Source: Neodothiora populina
Taxonomy: Eukaryota
Assembly: GCF_041146345.1 (NCBI RefSeq)
Contig: NW_027191409.1
Span: 868,001 to 932,000 of the forward strand
Length of the DNA: 64,000 nt
Direction: 5' to 3'
A program made the translations under genes and the position numbers. Under the pieces are notes generated by a model. The model searched no databases. It was not told the DNA's origin and saw only the letters and a program-made list of their open reading frames with translations. Below are positions 13,424-26,395 of the stretch, piece by piece. Position 1 is the stretch's first letter. Every line of letters begins with the position of its first letter.

Positions 13424-14457
13424 CACGAAATAATCTATGTATGCATGTGATGCGGAGAGAATGCAGCTGCGGGGTGAAACGCGGAGAACTTTCGCTCGCC
13501 AAGCGCTTGTCCGTTCCCCTCCTTTGTTTTGTCGCCGATGACAACATGGAGCTACTGTACTTTTACCGTATCTTACCGGCAACACTCGGACGCGTCTCGC
13601 TGCCACGCGCCACCGTCGTCCTGCTTGTCAATCATCTTAGGAGTGAGATTCTGTGTAAGAGACAGGTCTCTTTCATATCATTATAACGATTTGGGCGATT
13701 GAAGAGGTCGAGATAAAGATTCATTCCCGAGTCACACAGCAAGCATGCCGAGTCATGGACTTGTAAGACGTCTTCATGCTGTGAAACAATACTGTCCACC
13801 CACAGCAAAGGCGCGTCCTGAAGCTCCTATGTCTGTGCTACTGGATCATCATCCTGGAAGGATGGGTGTCTACAAATCGCACTCTTTCAATGCTTTCTCC
13901 AACCTCTCGAAATCCTTAATCACCATGGCGCATTACGGGTCAAAGTTCACAAATCCAGATGTAGATTGTCTCTGCAGCTGATCCTACCTCCACTGGCTAC
14001 CAATCCAAACATTTATGCCTTCTCTACTTCCGGGCCACGTTCATGGGCAGTCCTGTACCTGATTGATCGCCATAACCTATGTTTGTGACCTTGCGGCCTG
14101 TATCCACTTTGGGGTATGTAAAGTCTTGGCAGTTGGGGAAATGGGTAATTTGAAGTGTATCGAGGGACACCCTGTGCATTGGACTTACTACTTTCACACT
14201 AACCGCATTGTATTCTACAGCAGGCAGTATAGTGAAGTGTATTGCAGCGGACTTGAATTGTATTTGCTATTTCTACTCATCGTGATGCTAATGAATTCGA
14301 TGGTCTCCCGCATTTTAATTCCCCATAGCCGAAGTAAACGAGTCTGCAGAACTATGAAGGTTAACGATGGTTACCTGAGATGCAATGTCAAGGTGTCCAA
14401 TTCAAGCATTTAATAGCCATGATCAAGTGTCCCTCAATATAATTTGTCTCCCCTACC

Positions 14458-17400
14458 TTAACCAGCCTCTTCGAACGCATTGCCTCTTACCGCCTTGCCA
14501 TTGACCAATGATCCCATATGCGTGTGACTGAAGTCTTGGGCGTGCATACGAAGCGCGAACACCTGTCTGAAAAAAGCTAGAGGACTTGAAGTGAATGGAC
14601 AATGTTCTGGCCAGCCAATCTGCTTCCGAATCTCCGGTGCAGCGAAGCCATCACTACCGATTTGTTGGTCTTTGGGCCGACGTGATGGGGTGACAACGCC
14701 AAGGAAATGGCAAAGCTTCTCGTACTCTGATAGTGACTTCAGATATAGAGCGCCCGAGAAGAGACTTAGGTCTCTCATGGCCTCTGCTGGTGGTCGACGG
14801 TCGCTTGGCCTGGCACTAGGGGTGTAAAAGTCCATTCTGTCAAAAGATGCCATTTTCTTGTTGAACCTAGCGGCGTAGGTCCGTAGCCGGACCGTTTGAG
14901 ACTTCCTGATGAGCGCCATCAGCTCATTGGCTTCGAATGGACTTATGATGAGGACATCATCTCCTGAGAGACTTGTCAGGCTCCAGCTGACAGGCTTGAG
15001 AAATTCATCCATTCTGTGTTCCTTGGACAGCTCGACTGAATCCGCGAAGTCCTTGGTAACGTTCAGAGAGAGCATTTCCGGCATGATGTTGTCACCCCTG
15101 GCTGCAACTTCTGCCGATGTACGCATGAATATGGTGAGTGCATTGACGATTCTTGAGCCTTTTCTTTTGTCAAGACGCCCAGTCTGCACAAAGTACTCCG
15201 CCCCAGGGCTTATCCTTGGGACTAGAGCTTTCATGTTGCCGGGTCGCTCGATCTGTCGCTCTCTCTCAACCTCATGAGCAACCTCTCGTTCTTGTTCATT
15301 GTCCATACAATAGTCCTCCAGAGGCATGCTGGTCATCCTGTCGACCCCTCTTACCAGATGCGCCATAACTGGGTCGGTAGAGCTGCGGTCCAGAAGATGG
15401 TTGAAAGGATTTACCGACTCCGCCCGAACCCCATACATCTGTTCAAGCGTTTGCGACTCGTCTTCTCGTACCGCGTCCCAGAAGGCCATGACTCTTGATT
15501 CGTCATCGGCTGCGTCCTCAAGGTTTATGTCGGAAGGAAACCAATCATCTATGGCAGTTTGTCGATGCAAGTATTCGAGACCTTGCATAACGCGCAGCGA
15601 CCGAGCGGATTCCATTGCCTGACAAGTCTGCTCCATACACCAGATGAGTACGTCTTTAGAAGTTATCGTGGCTGAGGGTTCTTTTATTCCGCTACAGATA
15701 CTGTTGTGTACTTCCGGAGGCGATAAGTAACATAGTGAGTGGCCCTTTCCAAGCTTTCGTAGACGCATACAAGCTGTGGACGCATTAGTACACCAGTATT
15801 AGACGATCGAGCATGATCGAGCTTACCTTGCACAAGTCGATCTTTCACTAAGCGAGGTCCCAATGTCACGGCAGCTCGAGCTCCTATAGGTATAGCAAGA
15901 TCTACACCTCTCGTGTGTACATCGTCAAGATATACAAGGCAATCTGTCAGATTAGCACGGTAGGCTGAAAGACGAAGTGCAACAATGACATCGCTTCGAT
16001 CGAGGACCATTGACTCGTCGCTATCATCGAAATACACTGCTGCCTTCGCTTGGGTGGCAGGGACATGTTTGAGCCACTCTTGGGCAACCTGAAGATTAGT
16101 CATCCTAAGGACCTGAGCACCCACATCAATGAGAACATTGACACGAGGAATCTGCTCCGACACAAGAGCAAGGAGATCTCTCGATAAGGTACAGCTATAA
16201 GACAGCGACTCGGGTCAAGGCCGTACTCCACGTGCCAGCGCTTCTGCTGAAGCGCGAACATCAGGATGCCATGAGCTATCATGTCCCTGAACATCAACAG
16301 GATCTTGAATAGTTTGGGATTGCTGCAGGCTTCAGTGATCGTACCGAGCTCTTTCGCAGAGAAAGATCGGTCGCCGATGAATATTGACATAGCCCTTCGC
16401 GTGTCTGCACTGCAGTAATCGAGAGAGAATCCCATATTACCATCCGTGATGTCCTCCACAAGCAAATCCAATAGTACGTCACCAATACCATGTTGTATGA
16501 ATCGCATGAATGGGAAAGAACCACTTTTCCCCTCCACTTCGAGACTTTCTGGATGCGAGCTTGCGAGTTTGGACACGTGGTAAGCGGTCCGCGCCAACAA
16601 TGTTTGTGCGATAAGCCAACGATCTGGTTGGCCGTCAAGCATTTGTTGGGTGCCTACGGTGTACACTAGCTGGAAGCGAACGTCGAGGATCTCATCGCTC
16701 TCGTCTAACACATCACGACAATGGGATTGAAGCCATCTGTCAACTTCGAAGAGCTCGACAGCAAGATCTTGGTCCGAAGACATCTTTTCTATGCCCATCA
16801 ATCTGAATGACAGGATATGCTCGGGAAGAGATATCAGAGCGCCACGGTTGGTCTGACATTCGCAGAAAAGCGACGCCAGCCGTCTGGTCGCAGCTCCATC
16901 AAGCTTCGTTTTCCTGGAGAATGGAACGTGGTAAGTTCTCTGATCGAGCAACCCACCGAGACGCTGAGAAAGAAGTTGCATAGTCTGACGTAGCAAAGGG
17001 TTCAAGACTATGACACGGACAAGTCGTTTAGTATCGGCCAAAGCAGCGATGACCATCGGAATGATGACAGAAGATTTGCCCTCGGCCATATTAAGCTGAA
17101 GGACAGAATTACGATGCGAATGGGGCATGATCATTTCATGAGCCACCTCTGCTTGAGTAGCACGTATCGTGATGTTGTTCTCAATTTCAAGCAATAGCCA
17201 GCTTGGGTATTGACCCATCGACCATCCCTGTCGTCCAGTAGAAGCAAGTTCCGTCAAGACACTCCGATTGTCCTGCCTAAGCAATGCCTTACGGATTCGA
17301 ATCATACGTTGAAGATCGGAAACAGCCTCGCCAACATCCAGTAATATCCTTTTCCAATCATCGTCAAGGCTGTCGAACCGACTGCTACTCAAGTGACCAA

Positions 17401-20400
17401 GTAAGCATCGTTTGGTAATGCAGGGCCACAATCCAGCAGCTTGAAACACAATCTCTGACGGAGTCGCAGGAGCGAGTGCGGTCTGGACGGAGTTGCATAC
17501 GGCGACTACTCGTTCTTGTAGTAGTCGGTACATTGTGGCTGCCGTATTGCTTTTATTCTCTAGGGCCTGGAGACTTTCTTCAAGCACCTCGCGAAAGTTT
17601 TGACGTCTTTTATCATCATTGGATGGAAGTCCTTCGATCATCGCCCTCACCTCTGAGTAATTCGATGGGTTACTCATTCTCGGATTCGATTCAAGAAGTA
17701 ATCCAGAGTGCTTTTGCCGTACTTTGACACGACCTGACCTGATACCATCTTTGAGGAGCTTTCCACGAGTGGTAGCAAAGCGCGGACGTAATGGTATGTC
17801 CACGAGCTCAGACGCGATACATGGTGGCAAAGTCCTGTCGACATGTTCGCATTGTATTGCTTTTAGCTTCACCTCGAGTCGACCCACGAACTGGACGTAT
17901 TGCTCATTCTTGTGCCACGTGTTGAAGAGCTCCTGGCATGCACTAATTGCAGCGCTAACATCAATGTACTTGAATAAATGTGGATTGGGTGGGTGCCTGA
18001 TACGCGTCCTAGGCCACTGAGACTCGATGTGAGATATTAGAGATGTCTTCTGCCTGCTAAGCTCGTCGTTGACGCTATTCAGATGATTGCTTCTCTGCCG
18101 GCGTCGTCGACCATTGTAACGACTTGACTCGACATTGTATGCATGACTGAGATGTTCGTCTATCTTCACATAAATGTCCATTTCTTCCCAGTCCCATCCA
18201 AGACCCAGCTGGTACGAGTCGTGGCCTTCTGGGGGGTCTATTTCGTCTAATTCGCAGAAGTCGTAGTGAAAAGCAAAGCTGAGTAATGTTCGAACATGGA
18301 CTACATCCTCACTTCTGCAACCGAATGCGATAGCGCAGGATGTGAACATCAACTTGAACATATCATCGTCTCGTTCAGAGAAGCGATACCATTCATATAG
18401 TGAGCCCCATTGGGAAGAGAGTTCAAGTTCTGTGAGGGAGGGGTATGGAACCAGCTCGAAAACCGTATTGAATCCAGAAACAGTAGACCATTCCTGTATC
18501 AACTGCTGCAGATTGGTATATGTGTGCACTTCGTCAGGCCATTGCTTTACTAGGCTTGCCACGCCAAAAACCCTTTGTGTGCGCTCATGATGGCCGTATC
18601 GATCCCGAGAAGCATAAATGACGTCTTTTGGCTTCTTTCCTTGCTCATCATATGCAGAGGTCGAGCGTCGCGTATATCTGTTACGTGTACGGGCTCTTGT
18701 GAGTAATCGTGCCTCACCTCGCCCATGTATGAAATTGCTTCTGGCGTCCGTGTCTATCACCCCTTCATAAAGCCCAGCAAACTTCTCGTTGTGATCTAAG
18801 ATCACCCTGGCAGCTGGATAGAAGTCGTCTGCCTGGGACAATTGAGATAGATTCTTATCCCACGAGACAATCTGCATCAACTTTTTGAAGGGTGGATAAT
18901 AGGTTCGTCTTGGCGTTAGTTGTGAAATGCCTTCGAGAACCCTCAATGAATCTTCTGCAAGTGGCATGCATGTGAAAGTGGACGCTTAATTGACAATCGC
19001 GAGCGCCTCTTCAGTGCCAGTCTGGCTAGTGAATGGATCCGGGACGATATATGATGTGACGGCATGCAGGTAGGCCTTATAAAGCGTACTTGAACTATCT
19101 GGTGCGCCGCGTAGTTTGCCCAGATGAGGATCAAGTGTGTACGCAAAGTGCTTCTGTGATGCACAGTCATCTAGTGTGATGCAGGAACACACATAGTTGT
19201 GTCTTCGTTGCTACATGACCTGACCATAAGGTATGAGCATTGTTCGCTGCACAATGTTCAGCATTTCGGGCTTCTGCCATAGCCTTAGGTCTGTCGACGA
19301 GACATCGTCTCGAAGTATAATTTTACTCCTGAGTCCTAGTAAAGTGCCGGCATCTTGGTTTTCATCAACGATCGCATCGTATTCGATCGATCTAAGCTGG
19401 CCATCTGCCGTGACGACAAAGTGAAGATTGAGTCGGTGAAGATTCATCTCAACCTGACCAGATCGGGAGAGAAAGACATGTATATGGGTATCTTTGTCTA
19501 TGACTCCAAATACACGGAAGAGCGACGAGCACAGGGCGTTCGAAGGCTCGAGTAGCGTTCTCTGACCTACACTCGATTTTGCTTGTGCACATTTCAGATC
19601 CGTGTGCGAGAGAATCAGCGTAGAGTCGCTGCTCATGGGTTGCCAGATCCGATCCCACGGTCGAAAATAGACTGTGGCGGCAGCTTCTTCAAACCAATGA
19701 ATGTATGACTCGACAAAATGCTCAGGAAGATCGTCACTCAAGGTAGTTGAGAGGTCTTGCTTGCAGTATATGGCCGTCAAGCCTCGTCTTCACTATCACT
19801 TTGTGTTGCAGAAACCCAAGATGCACCTCATTGCCATGAATGGGACGCGATGCCCTGTAAGACATTCCAGTCATGTCAGACACGAACACGCTCAAGACTG
19901 TAGATTCGAACAGCTTCTGAAAGAATGAATCGTTTTTGAAGTGTTCAGGTACCTTGCCGATTGGCTGTCCGTCCACCAGTAATTCGCCTGTAAGAAGACA
20001 GTAGTGGACGGCCTGGACCCTTGAGTTCTCCATGGGCAGAGTATAGCAGTGGAGCCATTGCCCTCCTGTAGTCTTATCCATTTGCCACGAAGACGGCAAT
20101 GCTGCGCCATGCCAAAATCGCTGGAGGGCTCTGCTGAGCCTGGAACCTTTCTTGGCTATGAGAAGTCGCATTCGCGGCTCAAGTTTGTGAGATATCTTGT
20201 CGCGACGTAAGAGACTACTCCTCAGACCGCTACTAAGACCCCACTCTTGGATCGGAACGCAACTCCGTATGACACTGTTTGTCTCAGCGGCAAGGGCAAC
20301 GCCCTCGGCATTTTGTAGTGTTGTAAGAATGGCTGAGTCGTCTACATCGAATGTCTGATAGCACAGAAGAGCAGCAATTAGTTGAAGTATATTGCCACCT

Positions 20401-23283
20401 TCTTTATGTGAGGTATCGAAAGATAATGCGTCTTCCATCTCTACTCGACAGTACCAATTTGCAGTCGTGTTGCGTGCACTCTCGAGGAGTACAAGACATC
20501 CTTCGATGATATCATGACAGTCGGTTTGTCGCGGAGCCAACGAGAACAGTCAAAGCGTAAGTTGGATGATTGTCGACATACTTTTATGCTCATTCCAATT
20601 GCTCTGAATAGCATAGAACCTCTTTTGCAACATTTGTAAAAGCTTACGACAAAAGCCTGGATATTGCAGCTCACTGTGTTGAAGTCGTGAGCTGGTGGTC
20701 TCAGGACGACCTACTTCAAATGCTGTCTGGAGGAACAGGGTGTTGACAGCGGCTGCATTGTGACTGATATTATCGTATCCCAGCTCTTTTACGATATGGA
20801 GCCATTGGATCCTTTCCCCTGCACGCAAAGAGCCAAATGCCACAAATTCCTTTAGCGATATCTCCACATCACACTCGCTGTGCCATGCTAGAACATCATT
20901 CAAGTTATGGTCACAGTCGTGTACCGTCCATGTAAGATTTGTATATGGTCCTGGTTCGAGCTTCAGCGTACAGAGTGCTTTCAGCTTAGACGGCGCAGTC
21001 GACTGGCGGAGCCATAATCCTCGCTCTCGGTCCCACAATTCGTACTTCAGGCCGTTGTTGACGCTTACAGCTTTCTGACCTGCAGGCAAGGGTAAAGTGC
21101 GGTAATGTGCAGCCAGAAAGGATTTTGTAGTAGATGCCAGAGTAATCCGAGGTTGACGATGTTGGTGGGCATTGTGCTTGCTTAGCTGATTATAATTAGG
21201 CAAGCACACCCGGCCGTCAGCATGAGACTTTACAACATGGCGTTGGCCAACGTCATGCAGCAGTAACCATGTAACATCCCTCCATATCATGAATTCCGGT
21301 GGTGACGATAGCTCAAACACTGCCGCCTTGCGTTGAACATCATCACGCGGCAGAGAGGCCTCATCTGGAGTTATTGTCAGTACTTGTGTGATGGTCAAGG
21401 GCTGCCGCTTCATCCGTCAGGCGCTTGTGCGTAGCGTTCGCCGACGCCAGTTCTTCAATCTTATGGTCTCTCTTCGCTTTGTCGTCCTTGTCGATTCGAT
21501 CCTGGAGATCCTTGAGTTCCTGGCACTGATAGAAGTAGCGTACAGCGAAGCTACTTGATTTGAGATCTGTGAATATTCATTCTCGGGGTGAGAGTACAGC
21601 AGACGCTTGGCAGTGTCTCTCAGCAAGATGAAGGTCAACAACATGTAAGCGCTGCATCTGTGCCAATCTCGGCAGCAGCAACGGCTCCAGCGTGGCGGAA
21701 CGGATCTCGGGAGAGTACTCCCACAACAGAGGTAGTCTGTCCAAGCAATTTCTGTCCAGGGTAACCCAAAGTTCGTGTATTACAAGCAGCGCCTCCGACA
21801 TCTCTATTGGACTGGATGTGTATGCGATCTGCACCAGGGACCAGTAGTCCTGGACAAGTTCGGCTAGACCTTGACAACATTGTAACGAGAACGGATCGCT
21901 ACGTCGCCCGTCTGTCCAAGTTTGAAGGTGAGCCACAACCCAGAACTCGATGTCAGCAAGGATCCAAGCTGTAGCTTGTGAGGAGAACTTCTTCAGGGAT
22001 GGGAGTTGCTGAGGAATCTGCTGAGCTCGCTGTTTCACAGTGCGAGCAACCTCAGTCGGTTCCTCTGATAGCTGTCTCGAGATTGCTGACATCAGAAGAG
22101 GACGAGTTCTAGGCAGGACCAAAGAAGTTGCGTTATCCCACCCGACCGTAGGAAATGAAGATACTTTCGTTGAGTCTTCGCGCTGTATTTTTGACCAACG
22201 TTCTGAAAGTATCAGGTTGGCTCTTCTGGAGATGTCCACAATTATGTCTACATCGATCTCACCATGCTCATGTTCAAGCTTGTGGATGCGCTGAGCAAGT
22301 TTTGCGTGGATGACTGCGATTGTATCACTAGGCAAGTCCGATGACACACTTATGTCCAGGAGACATGCCACTAGAAATATGCCAAATAGTTTGTAGTTCT
22401 TTGTAGCCTGTCTCATGTCTGTAGATGTTATTAGGGTTCTTTGTATGGCGACTTTGAGCACAAGCAGGAAGGGTAAACGACGCCATGGTGTCTTTGCATC
22501 TTGCCATAGGACCTCATCGCGTATGCGCTTCTGCAGCGTAGCAGGATGACCAATCCTGCCTAAAGCTAGGAGCATGGTCATGAAGTAGTCCGACACAAAA
22601 GCGGGAACAGTAGTGTCTCGTTCTTCCTGCACACGACTTCCTGCCTTCATCGTCGTGGCAGCTAGACTCTCGATGGCCTCGCTGTTCATGTCGCATATAC
22701 ATTTGACCAGTTGAGTGCAGAAATTACTGTCAGATAGGAGATCTGCAGGACAGGTCACAGCATGCCCCGGGAATGTCCTCAGCAAGCGTCCTGTGGTAGA
22801 AACAACACTCTCATTCGTGGCAGAAGCTTCAAAGCTCTCGAATGTAAGGTCATCCTTATGACTGTGAAAGATCAGGAGGCCAGAGTCCTGCGCAGTCAAC
22901 GATATTACGAAATGCTCTGCTCACGTTAGCTATAATACCTTTGTGAAGTCGAACAGGACAAGAATTGTTTTAGGCATACCGCCAGGAGGAGAATCCAGGA
23001 GTTGATCGCGGAGAACGTCTTCCAGCAGATCATCGTCTTGCCTGATCCTGGCCAAATTTGGCAACATCTGAAGCACGGGCTGCCATGTTTGCAAAGAAGC
23101 GTTGTCATGCGAACGTAGTGATATGAGAGTTTTGACGACATGTATGAACAGGCACAGGACATCCCGTTCGATCACCCATGTATTATCATCAGCATGTTGT
23201 GGTAGTTGAGGAGGCAATATAACGTGTTCCAACACCGCTTGAAGATTATCAAGTTCTAAGTTGGCGACCTTTAGAGGATCCAA
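14458..23283 (-). pseudogene. Disabled large DUF3638/DUF3645-family protein gene (P-loop/DExD-like core)
   Basis: Family motifs LEHVILPPQLPQ, KRIRDEVLW..PWRR, SFAVRYF, FGSLRAGERIQW, YLHAVTSYIVPDPFT, WLLLEIENNITIR, LQLNMAEGKSSVI, RDVLDESDEIL, DVGAQVL, EQEREVAHEVE. Normal introns at 22917-22979 and ~15774-15826. Disruptions: in-frame stops at 21577, 20550, 19211 and 18986; frameshifts at ~21380, ~19760 and ~16185; TTG at the expected start. Confidence 0.85.
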
Positions 23284-23900
23284 TTTCGTCGCGGATATTG
23301 TTCGTCGTTAGGCTGTTCAGGAAAGGTTATGATTGTAGGGAGGGAGGGACTGGCGCTTCTAGTAAATAGAGATGTCAGGTGTGAGAGTGACTGAACTAAC
23401 AAGCACACTAACACAACTTGCTTCTTCCATTCTGTACTGCCTAAAGCGATGTTTGTAGTGTAGCAAAGTAAGGTAAAAGGAACTAAGTGGTGGCGGGGGG
23501 TGGAGAAGCAACAAGGACAAACTCGTCGCAGCGAAGTCGCTGGAAGGTGTTGACCTCGCTTAGACAGAGGTCGCATGTCTAAGTGCCCTGTTTGCCTTGT
23601 CTGCCGTCGCTCTTGCTCTAACCTGCGAATAGTGGAGCTTGTGCCTGAGATCGCACCCAACCTTAGACTGAGCCTACTCATTTCCTGATGCTCTGCTAGT
23701 AGAGACCAAGAGCAGGACTTGTAGGTTCGCGCCGTCTGTCAGCATTTTACTTCAAGCACCTTAGCACGAAAAGAGGTAATGCCTGTCGAACGAGGCGTGG
23801 GTAACCTTGAAAAGGTGGGTGAGGACAACAACCACGAATCCGCAAGCCTATACAACATATAATTTCATACGAGGTGTCGCATGACATACTCGTATGGTCT

Positions 23901-24487
23901 TCAGCCGCCCATAGAGCGATTGGTGGGATTCTTGCGGACCACGCTGCGTACCCACCGTTCGCCATCCCAGTACTGGCGACGGCCAGTGAGTGAATCATCA
24001 GCCTCATCCTCGACGAAAGCTAGATCACCGCTATCTCCAAGGTGTTCAGCGGCAGCTTCCTCGAGAAGGATCCCAAGGGCCAGCAGTGCCGTCTCGTCCA
24101 TACTTCTCCAGTCGCGCTTGCCACCCGAAGGGGTAGCGCGCTGGTAGAAGCATGAGGCATAGGAGTGAAGTTGCTTCAGGAGGTCAGACTCTGGCAAGCG
24201 CTGCTCCGCACTGAGCTTTTCGTTGGCAAAATAAATGTCACTTTCTTCGTAACGAATTGGAGCACCTTTCCGTCTGAAAAGGACTTCCTCGGGCGGTACA
24301 GCTTGCTTCGACACAATTGTTGTATCGCGGTATTTCGTAGTTCGATCCACTTGAGGGAGCAAAGACTCATATCCAGCTCGACCTACAGAGATAAATTAAC
24401 ATCAGTCAATAGAGGAACAGTTTGAGTTGTACTACCTGCGACTGCATCGAAGAGCGTGATTTTGCGTGTTTGTGATTTGTCCTCCAT
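23901..24487 (-). CDS. RRN10: Probable RNA polymerase I upstream activation factor subunit, Rrn10-like
   Basis: Exon 1 MEDKSQTRKITLFDAVAG, intron ~24383-24434, then VPPEEVLF...LPESDLLKQLHSYAS...SMDETALLALGILLEE, which matches my recollection of the Rrn10 family signature. Confidence 0.65.
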
Positions 24488-24666
24488 TGTTCGCACTACT
24501 TCTCAGATGTATGAAGTGAGCTGCCTCTCATTTATATCTAAAGTCATGTTTCGACTCGACAGTCTCGAACTAAGATGTCCTATCCAGATTACTCGGTATT
24601 GGACAATGGTAATATCTCTGTACAATGATTCCCAGCGCATCAGATTTGGAGGAAATAAAGGCTTGG

Positions 24667-24678
24667 CACGTGACGTCA
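24667..24678. promoter_or_regulatory. Overlapping E-box (CACGTG) and CRE (TGACGTCA) in the RRN10/CKN1 bidirectional promoter
   Basis: cacgtgacgtca sits centrally in a ~350 bp divergent intergenic region. Motif match only. Confidence 0.35.
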
Positions 24679-24834
24679 AGTGCTATATGCCACCACTAGA
24701 CAGGTACCTTCCATTACCATCACAACGACTTCCTACCACTTACTATCTCCTTGCAATATGTTATGTGGAGCTGCGACTTCTTGATGAACAAAATAGATAG
24801 TTGTTCCAGCGAGCTATTATGAATTTGGTGTTGA

Positions 24835-26307
24835 ATGAATTCGTTCCTGTTGAACCGTGCTTTAGGCACGATAAGTCCACAGCACCTTGCAAGAGCACAG
24901 AACTCGCGTCTGCTGCATGCATTGCAGCCTTCTAACGACACCGCGCTAAGTATAAAGTCACCTAGCGATGAAGCAATAGCAGGTCAACCAGATGAAGTCA
25001 ACATAGAGCGAGGATGTGTCGCGCATCCAGCTGGTGTGAATAGCATTACTATCGATAAGTTCGAAGGCAGATAGTAAGTGCAAAATGAGGTTCCTCGGCA
25101 CGCTCTGGGAGTGCCTAATCTAATATGTGTTATTACAAGTTTACTATCTGGAGGTGCAGACTCTTCGATTGGCATATGGGACCTTGAGAGTACCCACTCT
25201 GGCACAGGCGAGTCTAGTGTTATCAAGCCACTTAGTTATGCACCGAGGACAGCACGAACACATAATCTTGGAGTAACACATCTGAGCTTCTACCCTTTTG
25301 ATTCTTTGGCATTTCTTGCCAGTAGCTATGATCACACGCTCAAACTTTTCTCATCCGAGACGCTCGAATGCTCGGCGACATTTGATCTTGCCTCGGTCGT
25401 CTATTCCCATTCGGTATCACCGATAGCGTCTCATCTTCTGGTAGCGTGTGCAACTCAACATCCGGCCGTCCGGTTGGTGGATCTACGATCTGGGGCAAGC
25501 ACACACTCGCTTGCTGGCCATAGCGGTGCGGTGTTGACGACGGCATGGCATCCTAAACGTGAGCACGTTCTCGCTAGTGGCGGGTCTGATGGACTCATCA
25601 GGCTATGGGATGTGAGACGTAGTGCGAGCAGTCTAGGCGTGTTAGACATGGATGATAGCTCAGGTCTTCTAGCTGACGCGAATACATTGCAAAGGCCCAG
25701 GGAGCGGGGCAAGGCCCACGCAGGCGCTGTGAACGGACTGACCTGGGATGCTGAGGGCACCTATCTCGTTTCTTGTGGGCACGACGAGAAGATCCGCATC
25801 TGGGACGGTATCAACGGCGCAAACACGCTCACGAACTTCGGACCAGCCGTCAAGAACGCTAACACCACAACATTGCTGCCACTGGTCAGTCCAACGCACC
25901 TCACAGGATCGAGTAAAGAGGTTTTGATATATCCTAATCCTCGGGAATTGCTGGTATACGAGATGCATACTGGAAAGCTGTTGACCCGGCTAAGGACCCC
26001 AAGCTTCGCGTCCAAGCGTACTGCTGTGAGCGCAGGGTCGGGAACCAGAAACGTCGTCAACAGGACCACGAGCTTGGCTTGGAGAGCTCACACTATCGAG
26101 CTCTACTCTGCTCACTCCGATGGGACGATCAGAAGCTGGAAACCAAAGACCTGGGAGGACAAAGCGACCGAAGAAGAATCAAATGTGGATGCTGACGGCG
26201 ATGACAATAATATCGATGACCATGATGCTCGTGAGCGGAAGCGTAAGCGCGAAGAGCTTGACGATATTGTGGACAGTCTGACAAAGCGCAAAGTCACATA
26301 CAACTGA
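24835..26307 (+). CDS. CKN1: Cockayne syndrome A / ERCC8 homolog WD40 protein (Ckn1/Rad28), transcription-coupled repair
   Basis: AHPAGVNSITIDKFEGRYLLSGGAD (spliced across intron 25074-25139), FYPFDSLAFLASSYD, VRLVDLRSGASTHSLAGH and LWDVRRS. Confidence 0.9.
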
Positions 26308-26395
26308 TCAATTATGGCTCTCCGAAAGCCTTGCATAAACTTCATGGGTATCTTCAGACATTGCAAAGACCCAGCGCTAGCTTCCTCTGGCAAGC

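Noticed and set aside
13925..14200. Short ATG-led fragment (MAHYGSKFTNPD) divergent from the C2H2 TF
   Set aside because: Good start context, but no sustained frame or recognisable motif. It could be a relic but is unsupported.
18986..21579. Stop-codon rescue by A-to-I editing or readthrough in the DUF3638 gene
   Set aside because: Stops are of all three types, Trp is not expected at those sites, and editing cannot fix the frameshifts or the large deletion.
14458..23283. Transposon or Starship interpretation of the large gene
   Set aside because: No transposase, tyrosine recombinase, terminal repeats or target-site duplication seen; no AT-rich RIP tract.
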